64,000 nt of DNA, taken from assembly GCA_051294905.1 (NCBI GenBank), contig CM119372.1:4528001-4592000 (forward strand). The letters are read 5' to 3'. The stretch is from Botryllus schlosseri. Taxonomy: Eukaryota. Under the pieces are notes generated by a model. It was not told the origin of the DNA, did no database searches, and worked only from the letters and a program-made list of their open reading frames with translations. This document shows positions 52,991-64,000 of this stretch, piece by piece; position 1 is the stretch's first letter, and every line of letters begins with the position of its first letter. The position numbers and the translations under genes are program-made.

Positions 52991-54327
52991 CTGAAGCAAT
53001 ATTCCTCTTTTTCTCGGTGTAGTTGAGGGCATGAAAGTGAACAACTGAACAAGCCTCTGATAACTATCACTTTTTCTTAGCTGCTGTTTTGTTACTGATC
53101 GAAACTATAATGTTGTTCGCTGGCTTTAAGCTACTATGTCAGCATGGCTAACATTCGTCGCACAATAACTACTCCTACTATGACTTACGGTGTAAGGTAA
53201 GTAATGCGATGGCGGCTTGGCACTGTATTTCCCTGCGCGAGAGGGATATTCTTGTTAACTCGCTGCAAAACGCCGCGGGCCGGGGCCTACGATATTCATA
53301 TAGGCCCCGCGCGGACAAATAATCATTTACAGGAAAACATTAAATTAGATTGGAATTAAATTTAGAGCATAGGAACATTTCACAAATTAGATTCGAATTA
53401 TAGAGCATAGAAACGTTTCACAAATTTGATTACAATGAAATTACTAGTATTTCGCTCAAATTCAGTGATATTAGACAACTAGAATTATATAGTTGCCCAA
53501 GTGTGCCTCACAGCACGCCTCTGTTTCCGCCTATCGCAAATCATAATATTTCGTGACAGGATGCATTGATTTTGTTGACGAGACACATCGATCGATGCAA
53601 GGGCAGCAATGCAGATGGATAGCACCTACTGGTTAAGTTAGCCATAGCCTTGCTGAGTTGAGAGCAGTAACATGTAGTATAGTGAGTAGACGAACCAATG
53701 TACTACTGTAGCAGTAATGTTTCAGTGGAATGGATAGGGAAATAGAGAAGAAATCTGACGTTTAACCCTTCAAATAGACGCAACTTTCGCCCTCAAATTT
53801 TCCAATCCTATAATGCTAGAATCAACGCGAATACAATATGCATATTGTTAGTACCGGATAGAATGCAATGTTCTATAATCAGATTACACTTATCGGTAGA
53901 TTACAGAATGCATGGGCTGTGCAATTGTGTATGTGAAAGGGCCGCAGTTCGGCCAACCCTGGTATAGTGGATGCCTGGATCACGCAGAGTGCTCTGTTGA
54001 GTTGACACGCTACGCCCAGCTTGGTGATGATTCTTGCGTAGACAAGAAATTTGTTCATTCAGCTCGGACACTAGTGAGGAGAATATACCTGACGAAAACG
54101 TTCGGACGTTCTTGTCAAATTTGGCATCCTTCAAAGTCCAAATGAACCAGATGTGGCAACAGTTTTTGATTTTTTGATGATTTAGCGACATCTAGCGCTT
54201 TTAGCCATGTCGGTATTGTAATTTTTCTATGGAGTTGCGACACTGCTGGTTGTTATGATCGTGATCGTAGCTTCGAGTCACGGATATATAGAGGTCCATA
54301 GATCCCTGCTTCGAGTATGCTGATTAG

Positions 54328-55478
54328 TAGGGATGGCGTGAACGCGGAGTTCACGTTCGCGTTCTGTGCGAACCTCCGAAATTTAGAGGTTCACGTTCAC
54401 AAACGAACCTTCGTAGGTTCTTCACTGTGAACCTCCTACACGTATTACAATTTTTCACGTCATTATAACATCTTCGGTTTAAATTCTTTGCATCTCAGCT
54501 TCGGACTACTCTATGCAAGGCGTTGGTAGAATAAAAAAATCAACACTAAACGAGGAGACACCTTGCCAATCTCTCTTTGTTACAAAGGTTTGCTCGAAAT
54601 ATTCAGATTTCCGTTCGTGAAGCTTGACCCGCAATCACACAACATCAAGAACGAAATATACTACATGTAGGCTATGTTCCCTCTAATTTTTGACGAGTCT
54701 GTGCACACTCATCAACTCGCTGCGCAAACCCTTGGAGAACAGTGCGTAACGACTAAAAAAAAGTAATCACTTAGGATTTTTTGTGCGCAACTTAGATTTT
54801 CTGTACGCAGAGGCCGTGTCAGCACTGCGCATTTGCGCAGCGCAGCTTAAAGGGAACATTACATACTGTAGGTAATAGTCAGCGAATGATGCTTATTCAA
54901 CCAATCATTAAAATTGATATAAAGAATACTTCGTCTAATGTAAAAAATTCAATTGGCGCACGGGATCCATCTTGATTTGATATGTTTTTTGTATCAGAAA
55001 AACCAAATCTGTACGAATGGGGTGTTGGCTACTGTATAATTTGTTTATGGGGTAATAACGGTAGCAATTATAGAAACCCGTTTTACCCTCTGTTCAATAT
55101 AAATGTAGCAATAGTCAAAAACCAAATACATTTTCCGGTCTGACCTCGACTGTTAAGGCGTAAACTTATATTCCCTTGCAAGTCCTCGTCGACATTGTTG
55201 CCAAAGCGACGGAAAATATTGATTTTATGAGATTATTATAGCATTCGATTGCTTCAGTTGATACATTTTGTAACGTTTAATAAGTCAGCATGTACTTCAA
55301 CATTGTGGCATAATGTGGCCTGAGTCGTCGCCATAGGTATCGTGTACAACTGTACAATGTACATTAATATATCGCTTCACTGGAATGTAGGGTTGGGAAT
55401 AGCAAAATGACGTCACATTACGTCACAAGGTTCGCGTTCACACGAACCTGTACGTTTCTGGGGTTAGCACCATCCCTA
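54328..55478. mobile_element. hAT-type element with a nested MITE (~54673-54861)
   Basis: TIR tagggatg/catcccta with gttcacgttc subterminal repeats; imperfect TSD ctgattag/gtgattcg. Confidence 0.65.
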
Positions 55479-56673
55479 GTGATTCGATTCTTGAAGAGCC
55501 TCTCAGCGTATCTTTGACATGGTAAACTACGTTAACATTATGGGGTATTTGAAATACGTAAGCCATGCGCCATTAACCAATCCGAACTGTAATTATATTT
55601 CTCCAAAAACAATTGCCTCTGGGCTATATCATGTTACCGGGCGATAAGGTACTCACTACTCAGCAATGGATTCATTTTCGCCTAGCAATGATCCTCTTCA
55701 TGCGGTCGAGGCTATCAAGTCAGCAGTCAAAAGTTTCGATGCAGAGAATTTGAGGAAAGGCAGTCTAGGATTCCAGCAAGTGAGCTACATTTTACGTGGC
55801 TTTGTGGCGAATCTTTATAGTCAAGAGGAAGATAGCGACAATATGGAGGAGCCCCCGGCTTCGTGACCGGGACAGGCCAAAGACGTGATCAGAAAAACTG
55901 GTATCCGTGGCTACCCCCTCCTGCAGTTTAGCATTACGGGATAGCACGGAGGATGGTACAACGTTTAGAAAGCCTTATGGCTATTTCTGCACTTTCCTTG
56001 TCCTGCGACATGATTGTGTACGCCTACGGTGTGCGTGTGTATATCATGAGTCGGTTTGTATGCCGTAAAACATCAAGGACAAAAATATAAAAGTTACACA
56101 TTATTGAGTTATTGGCAGTACTGTAGAAAAGCGAGCTGTCAGAGGCTTGTTTACCATCGGCGTTTCGCCGAACTCATAATTCCATTGTCCCATTCATGAC
56201 TGAGATTGGCCAGACTATGGAGCATTTAACAAACCCCTGTAATCAAACAATGCCATTCCTGTGCTTCACTCACTTTCGTAAAAGCATAATTTGGTTTTCC
56301 GTAGATGCAACAGGCAACATTTCTGCTTAGTAGTCAGTCTTTGGGTCGAGTCATATCGGAGTATGGATACTATCATCAATCTCACGGGATATCAGTGTTC
56401 ATAACGGTATTTCGTAAGAATCTAGGCAATACGTCATGCAGTATTGGAAGGATCTTAGGCAGCTAAGCCTATGACTAGCTTATGATGTATTAATACGTAG
56501 ATATATAGCTTATTGCATTCTAGTCGAGTTATTATGTTCGCTTTGTGCCCTTTCTATTGGAATTGAAACGATACCTTTGAAATATGCTAACCGTTTTAAT
56601 GTGCACAGGGGATTCGCTTTAAAGTCCGGTTTTGTGCCTGCCCTGGACTACTCTGCAATAGTGATAGTGATAA

Positions 56674-57179
56674 GTAGGGCATGTTTTTGTTGCAGTCAAA
56701 TCCGTGGAAAGTTGCATTTATTTTTCACAAAAGTTGCATTTATGGACAAGTTCCTTGAAATTATTAGGGCATGAGATACTCGAATCGATCAGTATCCAAC
56801 GCACTGTAGCAAAACTCAGTGTTGGTGACTTCAACAAAATCAATAGGGCTCTGGAAATAGTCGACCCAGTGAAAATATAATTTTCGGCGGTCTAGCCTGA
56901 ATGTACGTCGAATGAGAAAGGACCTCAAATTTGTACGACAGTGAAATAATCAAACGATCTATTTAGGTATGGTGCCGAATATTTCCAGTAAAAAGTTGCA
57001 TAAAAATCGAAAAAACTTGCAAAAGGTTGCATGATAAATCGAGAAATTTGCAAAAAGTTGCATGAAAAAATGGAGAAAAGTTGCAGTATAAGATTCCTCC
57101 AATCAGGTTAAAACACCATACCACATATAACTTTCTAGTATTTAGGAAGCTGCAAAAACAGTGGCAAAAACTTGCCCTA
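56674..57179. mobile_element. MITE with aaagttgca repeats
   Basis: TIR tagggcatgttttt/aaaaacttgcccta. Confidence 0.65.
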
Positions 57180-57587
57180 GCGACTAGTTTTACGGTTCCA
57201 ACGTATTAATGGCAGGGATCCGTGTATTTCTGAAATTCCACGGATGTAATAAAATGGGGACAACGAGATTTCGTTCCGAATCACAGACGTCTTGCTGGCC
57301 GGGTTGGATTTAGATTATTATATTTGGCAAGCCAGTGCTATCTGGTACAGACCAAATTCGCATAATCCTTCATCAAATATTCAACTATCGCAGTAAATTT
57401 GAAAAAACGACGCGTCGGTACCCAAAATGAGTTCCAAACTACGTGATCCTAGCGAGATCATTATCAAATATTGTCTAAAGCTAGAAAAGTAATTCCCAAA
57501 GTGAAGATTTCGTCCTTGGGGCGGGGGCTTTTGATTTCTTGAATTTCTTGAACTCTGCATCGGTTACCAGTTGGACAATGGACATTA

Positions 57588-58247
57588 GGGCTCTTCAAAA
57601 ATGACTTTTTTCTCTTAAATCGTACTGGCTGCTTGATAAAATCGTTAGGTTACCTAATTTAAGCCTACACACAAAATTTGGTTCAATTCCAGCCAGTAAC
57701 CGCTTTGCTACAGGAGAAGAAAGTTTCTATTTATTATATAAAAATAAATGATAAAAAATTTGAAAGTTTTCTGTTCACGCCATGAAAGTGTTAGGCTGTC
57801 TATAGAAACGATGCTCACCAAATTTGGTTCAATTCCAACCAGTGGAAGCGGAGTTATTGCCGTCGAAAAATTTGGATTTGGATAAAATAGTATTTACGGT
57901 GAGCACAACTATAATAAATAAACAAAGAATCGGTCACCGTAAATAATATTTTATTCAAATCCAAATTTTTCGACGGCAATAACTCCGCTTCTACTGGTTG
58001 GAATTGAACCAAATTTGGTGAGCATCGTTTCTATAGACAGCCTAACACTTTCATGGGGTGAACAGAAAATTTTCAAATTTTTTATTATTTATTTTTATAT
58101 AATAAATAGAAACTTTCTTCTCCTGTAGCAAAGCGGTTACTGGCTAGAATTGAACCAAATTTTGTGTGTAGGCTTAAATTAGGTAACCTAACAATTTTAT
58201 CAAGTAGCCAGTACGATTTGAAAAAAAAAGTCATTTTTGAAGAGCCC
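57588..58247. mobile_element. Near-perfect 660-bp fold-back MITE
   Basis: gggctcttcaaaaatgac...gtcatttttgaagagccc; ~315-bp arms with few mismatches; TTA/TAA flanks. Confidence 0.92.
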
Positions 58248-59188
58248 TAATGTATAGTAGTGATTTTTAACCGGTGTTCCCGGGATCCCCAGTGATTCAC
58301 TGAGTCAGTGTCGGGAGTTTCCGCTGAAGGTCAGCACACTCTCGAATCACACATACGATTCGCGATAACACGCCCGTCTTGACCATCATTAGATGTAATT
58401 AGGCCTGATCGGTACCGAATTGTGGTCGTTGTATGGTGGCACGCCCTGTGCAGTGGCGTATGTAGGAGACCCCGTCATTCTGAAATGCCGATTCTTTCTG
58501 CAATATTTACCAAGCCATTTGCAATCAAGTTATTGGTATCACGCAGTTGTGTTTCGACCGCAGAAAAGGATGACTGTTTCTCAGACGAGGCTTGCCATTT
58601 ACGAACCGGGAAACGGTAGAAGCCACGCTGATTTGTAATGAAGATCATCATAATATTTTCGTTGTGCGTAACAACCTTACTTTGATGGTCTGTTATTTTA
58701 ACACTCTGTTGCTGCTCAGTTAATTTTGCACACCAGTAATCTATAGTAGCCTAATGTATTACTTTCATGAAATTTAGATTTGTAATGCGATAAATTTTTT
58801 GCGGCTCAGCAGGATCCCCGAAGGCGTGCAGATTATCGTACGGCTATCGCAGATTTATTACCGCTACGCAGGTGGATTTCAAAGCCAGAATATTTTGTGT
58901 TATATTAAGTCCCAGTTACGCGATCATCACAGCCACGGGGGCACCTCTGCATTTTATATTTAGCCAGTAACCATACCACGGTGATCATATCGTTCCAACT
59001 TGGTACCGAATAAGAATTGAACCGGAATGGGTGACGCGGGGCTTACGATGCCTTTTACAGTTAGAGATCGCGAGAATGGTCGGAAAGCTACAATTAATGA
59101 CAAAATAATTGGTCTCGTTAAGTTGATTCGGTTCTTGAATATATTTTCGACGATAATGGAAGTCTGGAAAACAGGGCTAGGCTTCGAT

Positions 59189-59751
59189 CAGGGTTGTAAT
59201 GAGTCGAGTCATGAGTCGACTTGAGTCGCGATTTTCTTTGATTCGACTTGACTCTAGTCATTTTCTCAAAATACAGAAATGACTTGACTCGAGTCAATCT
59301 ATGTAATGATAATGACTCGACTTGGACTCGAGTCATTGCGCATGACTCGAGACTCCGCCAAGACAGACATTTCACTACAATTTCGAAGAATAGTAAAGTA
59401 ACCACACATTGCTATTTCATCTATTCGTAGCGTCACTTGAAAATGCTACCAGAAACTGTTAAAAGTGAGAAAAATTAGTATATTATAAATGCGAACTTTT
59501 CGATATCACCAAACATTTACAAAAACTGGGTTAAACAATACTTTGACTGGAAACTGAGCAGTCAACGCAATGACTTTGACTCGGACTCGAGTCATAATAC
59601 CATGACTCGGACTCGACCCTCTGCTCGCAAACTTGGACTCGGGCTTGACTCGGTGGTGAATTGAAATTGACTCGACTTGACTCGAGTCAAATCTAAAAAA
59701 GTGAGATTGACTTGTGACTCGGAGCCTTGTGACTTGGTTACAAGAACCCTG
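59189..59751. mobile_element. hAT-type MITE with GACTCGAGTC repeats
   Basis: TIR cagggtt/aaccctg; 8-bp TSD GCTTCGAT. It ends ~60 bp before the GT7 exon. Confidence 0.9.
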
Positions 59752-59813
59752 GCTTCGATCACGACATCAGTGCTGCTGAACAATATGAATAAAGTATTCT
59801 CGTTATTTTTCAG

Positions 59814-60387
59814 ATGAGTTATAAATTATGCTCTATATTTAAAAAGATATGGACAACCACGATACTTAGATCCAACATACGCAAGTGTTTGCTATTGGCT
59901 ACACTTGCTCTATTGGTATTGAAGCTGTTCGAGGAGCCGACGAACACTCTGGCGAGGCGGAATAACGCAAAATTTTGCTTCCAAGACTTTGATCTCGACG
60001 AGATGGACGCTCGAACAGCGGAGCCTGATTTTAAAACGCCCCCGCCCAAGTTAGTGATACGCGACAACAAAAGTTCAACAAAGCACACTAAGGAATGCGT
60101 GCCGACGTATGACACTGTGAAAATACCGCCAGATACCCGCAACTCAGCCGGTACGAACTTAATCAGCGGCACTTACAGCCCGCCTGGATGTAAACCGCGT
60201 TATAGCGTGGCCGTAATCGTTCCGCTGCGGGGTCGGGAGGCAAACCTCCGAAAGTTACTCGCACATATGCACCCAATCTGGCAGAGGCAAGGTATCGAGT
60301 ATACCGTTTTTGTGACGACACAAATCTTCGGTGGACAGTTTAACAAAGCAAAGATCATGAACGCTGGGTTTAAGGAAGCGTCGAAGT
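59814..60387 (+). CDS. GT7/beta-1,4-galactosyltransferase-family N-terminal coding exon, copy A
   Basis: Type II signal-anchor LLLATLALLVLKLF, a stem, then GTYSPPGCKPRYSVAVIVPLRGREANL..HMHPIWQRQ..Y.VFV..Q...FNKAKIMNAGFKEA. Acceptor ttttcag lies directly before the ATG; the donor is T|gtgagt. Confidence 0.9.
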
Positions 60388-60824
60388 GTGAGTAGATTTT
60401 TAAGTTGTGTTCGACGCGTTTGCTGTGCGACATTTTCCATGGCGATACACGATGTTTCGATAACATCGTGCTGGTTGCATAACGTGATTACGGTTAACGG
60501 TCCTGGGTATAGTTCACCTTATCCAAATTCGATTATTATTATAATTTTCATTCACTTTAATTTTCATATCGTAGGCCCCGTTTTAGCTATATTGTCCTAA
60601 CAACAACTTCGAAATTTTATTAAAATCCAAATTAAACTGAAATACTACAAAAATCAAGTTCATTTCATCTCAAATCAAAGGTTATTCTGACGAGCACGAG
60701 AAGGGCAAACGCAGACAGTTGTATGCTATAATTTTAATTTCAATCGCATTTCTGGTTTACCTGAAAATGCTATGGCAAAACTGTGCAGTGCAAAACGAGC
60801 CAAGTTCGGTGTACCTGTACAATA

Positions 60825-61462
60825 GGGCTGTTCAAAAAGATAGCTTTTTCTTCATATTTCTCTGGCTGTGTGATAAAATTGTTAGGTTGGTTAAAACAAT
60901 CGCTGCGCACGATCTCTGGCTCAATTCCAACATGTAGAAGCGAGATTCTTGCAGTAGAAAATTTTGACTTTATTATTAAAAAATGAAAATAAAAAATTTC
61001 CAAATTTTTCTGTCAACCCCGTAAAATTGTTAGGCTGTCAGTAGAGATGATGCGCGCCAAATTTTGCTCAATTCCAACCACTAGAAGCGAAGTTATTGCG
61101 GTGGAAAAATTTGGATTTGAAGAAAATAGTATTCACGGGGACTAACTATTTAATTATTTATTATAAAATCATGGAATTAGAAATTTTTCTACTGCAATAA
61201 CTTCGCTTCTAGTGGTTGGAATTGAACCAAATTTGGTATGCATCATCTCTACTGACAGCCTAACAATTTTATGGGGTAGACAGAAAAATTTTGAAATTTT
61301 ATTTTTTATTTTTAATGATAAATTCAAAACTTTCTACTGCAATAATCCCGCTTCTACTGGTTGGAATTGCGCCAAATTGGCGTGCAGCGTTGTTTCACCA
61401 ACCTAACAATTTTATCACATAGCCAGTGAAATATGAAGAAAAATTTATTTTTTGAACAGCCC
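60825..61462. mobile_element. Fold-back MITE
   Basis: gggctgttcaaaaa...tttttgaacagccc with TA flanks; same family as 57588. Confidence 0.85.
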
Positions 61463-63171
61463 TACGTCGTACGTATTGTACACAGTTCTGCCATAGCATA
61501 TTCGGGTAAACCTCAAATTCGATTGAAATTAAAATTGGAGCATAGAAACAATTCGCATATTAGATTCGCAACAGATTACCGGCATTTCTTTCTCATTGGT
61601 CTTCGATATCACAACAAAAAGTATCTGGAATCATCGTCTAGTTGTCAAGTCTGTTCAAGTCACCGCGCGATGTCGCCCGCGTCCAGTTTAAAATTCTATC
61701 AAAGCCAAAATTTCCGCACGCTGAGAACACCGACTGCTACCCCACCGGGAGCGGCTTACGACGTACAAGGGTCAAATAACTTTTGCCAGCTGCTTTGTCG
61801 TTGTATTCGGCGACCTGCGTACATGTCTTTCCAACGTAATTACCTTGGTTATTATAAAGAAAAGTTCGTTCTCGTAAGCACTAGAAAGGCAAAAGTCTGT
61901 ACACCAAGCTTGGCTCGTTTCGCAGTACACAGTTCCCTGTAGCATTTTGAGAGAAACCGCAAATCAGATTAGAATTGAAATTAGACTATAGAAACATTAC
62001 CAGCAATTAGGCATGATCTAGCTCTCCAAGTCTACAGTGTACTACGGTTGTAGCACTAATGGAGTGGCGGCACGACTCTGTAGACGCGTTTCCTCGCTGT
62101 GGAAACTGCATCGACCCTTCCATATATCGGAACTTACTCAATGAGCATATGCCGTGATAGGAATCATAATGGTTTTCCCAACAGGAAACATCCCCAGGGT
62201 TATGAAACATGATATTTCGACAACAGCTGCGATATTGGGTACACGAGCGCTTGGGATATGCTTCTGATTTGTGCAGCGATTTACGCATAAAGACTGCGTC
62301 CTAAACAGCTATGACACTATGATTATACATAGCGTGTCGAGTAGTAAGTGTCGCGGAATCAATTGAGCATATTTCCGGGCGCTGGGTATTCGAAGGTACG
62401 GCCAGTCTTCAAGCCTTCGAATAGGCGTGCTGGTGACTACGTCGAGACGGCGCTCTTCAGCAATACCTTGTGTTTTCGTTGATCTTTTAAAAACAGCGCA
62501 TCCGTTCAGGTCTACGTAGTTATGCCGTATTGAGACTGTGCAGTGTGCACAGTCGGAAGCGAACTGCGAGACGTGATGCTCAGCCGGCTTCGATCGGATT
62601 TCGATGCTTTGTGAATATGTTAATTTGGAATGGATTTGTTACGCTGGGAACAAATAGCGACCGTTGGCATCACCAATCGCCGGCCATTGTGCCTTGGTGT
62701 AGTGGAGTGAATGAGTAACAATAGGTATCTCAAGATTTGAAGAGCTTTCGTTGAAGGCAGAGTGTTCGGTACACAATACATCGGCGAGCAAGATGGATTC
62801 TTGTGTAGTCTGCAAGGCTCGGCTCGTGATATCGAGGTTCAAGGCGTGATTGAAATGCGCCGACCGGGTATAGATGTTAGCATGTTGAATTTAACGTCGA
62901 CCTCGTAAAAGCGTCAGCACTTAGTGTGAAATATGTCGGCGTCAAGGTAGATTTGTAAGACATGCAGAAAGTTCTCTCTTAGATAAGTCGAGCGGTAGTT
63001 GAATTAGACTTTGAATTATTGCTTCACAGGTATTTTTTTCGAAATTAGACTAGAATTAGAGTTATAGCTGCTCAGTTTTGTAAAAATTAGATTAGAATTA
63101 GAATTACTGAAACGAAAATTTGGACATCAAACATTTCATGACACGTCTACCTCAATTATTTCGATTCAGGC

Positions 63172-63712
63172 ATGCTTAGAAGAAAAGTGCGCATCGCTCT
63201 AAAGCGTCTAGCTTGCGTTGCGTTAGTTTGTAAGTTTCTGCTGTCGTCCGGAATATTTGACGAGGTCTTGTCTTACCTGAACAATATACACAGCGCGCAA
63301 GATTTCATACTGGATAGCCCTACCGAGGGACGCGATGGAATTGCGCACGGCGCCTCTAGAAAGCGACTGCTCGAGTCGCTAAACCCCGAGACTTGCGCCG
63401 ATGTGCCCAAGCGACTGGTCGGGAAAGTGTCTCACGCTAAAGACCCGCCTGATATGAGAATAACCGAGCTTGTTAATAATGAAGTGACGGACGGTTCTTA
63501 CGAGCCCGGAGACTGTAAATCGCGCTGTCGCGTGGCTATTATAGTGCCTATACGCGGGCGTGAAAAAAACCTCCGTCATATGCTGGCTCATATGCACCCG
63601 ATTTGGCAGCGGCAAGAGCTGAGCTACACTGTGTTCACGATCACCCAAGCGGGAACGCGTACTTTCAATAAAGCAAAGCTGATGAACGCCGGTTTCAAAG
63701 AAGCTAGATCGT
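63172..63712 (+). CDS. GT7/beta-1,4-galactosyltransferase-family N-terminal coding exon, copy B (gene continues beyond the window)
   Basis: Basic N-terminus and hydrophobic anchor, then CADVPKRLVG..GSYEPGDCKSRCRVAIIVPIRGREKNL..HMHPIWQRQELSY..FNKAKLMNAGFKEA. Acceptor ttcag lies 2 nt before the ATG; the probable donor is T|gtacga. Confidence 0.9.
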
Positions 63713-64000
63713 GTACGAAACTACGTTATTCTGTATTGGTACAGTCATCGACGACAGATCGCTATACCGGTGTCTATTACGTCACACAGCGCGTGATTGT
63801 GTCATGCTGTGGACGACCGAAAGTTCTCAGCTGTTCCAAATTGTATCATTTAGATTTATAGCTACACAGTATTGTCCAAAATATTCTTAATAATCCAAAT
63901 ATCGAATTCGCAAAACTTGGGAATTCAATTAAATTCCTAGTCGAAAATAAATACAACAAACAGAGCTCATTCCCAAAAGCAGATTCAACAACTGAAAAAT

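Noticed and set aside
62640..62960. Minus-strand YLDADI (GT8-like) motif and a 67-aa ORF between the GT7 exons
   Set aside because: A stop follows within a few codons and no coherent splice structure was found. It is not the missing GT7 exon, being on the wrong strand with the wrong motif.

Overview
Eukaryotic (metazoan) genomic DNA that is AT-rich, has spliceosomal introns and is dense in MITEs. It looks like an invertebrate chordate such as an ascidian, but the taxon cannot be fixed from sequence alone. Three host loci were reconstructed by hand-splicing. (1) A C7orf57/DUF5524-like gene on the minus strand (389-4468). (2) A head-to-head, ~44-kb multi-exon RGSL1/RGS22-like gene on the plus strand (4757-~48327); an RFX X-box lies between the two start codons. 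(3) Two tandem, paralogous N-terminal exons of a GT7 (B4GALT-family) glycosyltransferase (59814-60387 and 63172-63712), with no catalytic C-terminal exon seen between them. Introns and intergenic DNA carry nested hAT MITEs, a degenerate THAP/P-superfamily transposon, Penelope-like retroelement remnants, an R4/Dong-like fragment, SINEs and fold-back elements. The most notable signals are a dispersed family of minimal type I hammerhead ribozymes in Penelope terminal repeats (several lie sense to the RGSL1 pre-mRNA), a possible variable-first-exon glycosyltransferase, and four tiny TIR remnants with target-site duplications that resemble P-element excision footprints. All homology calls come from motif recognition, not database searches.
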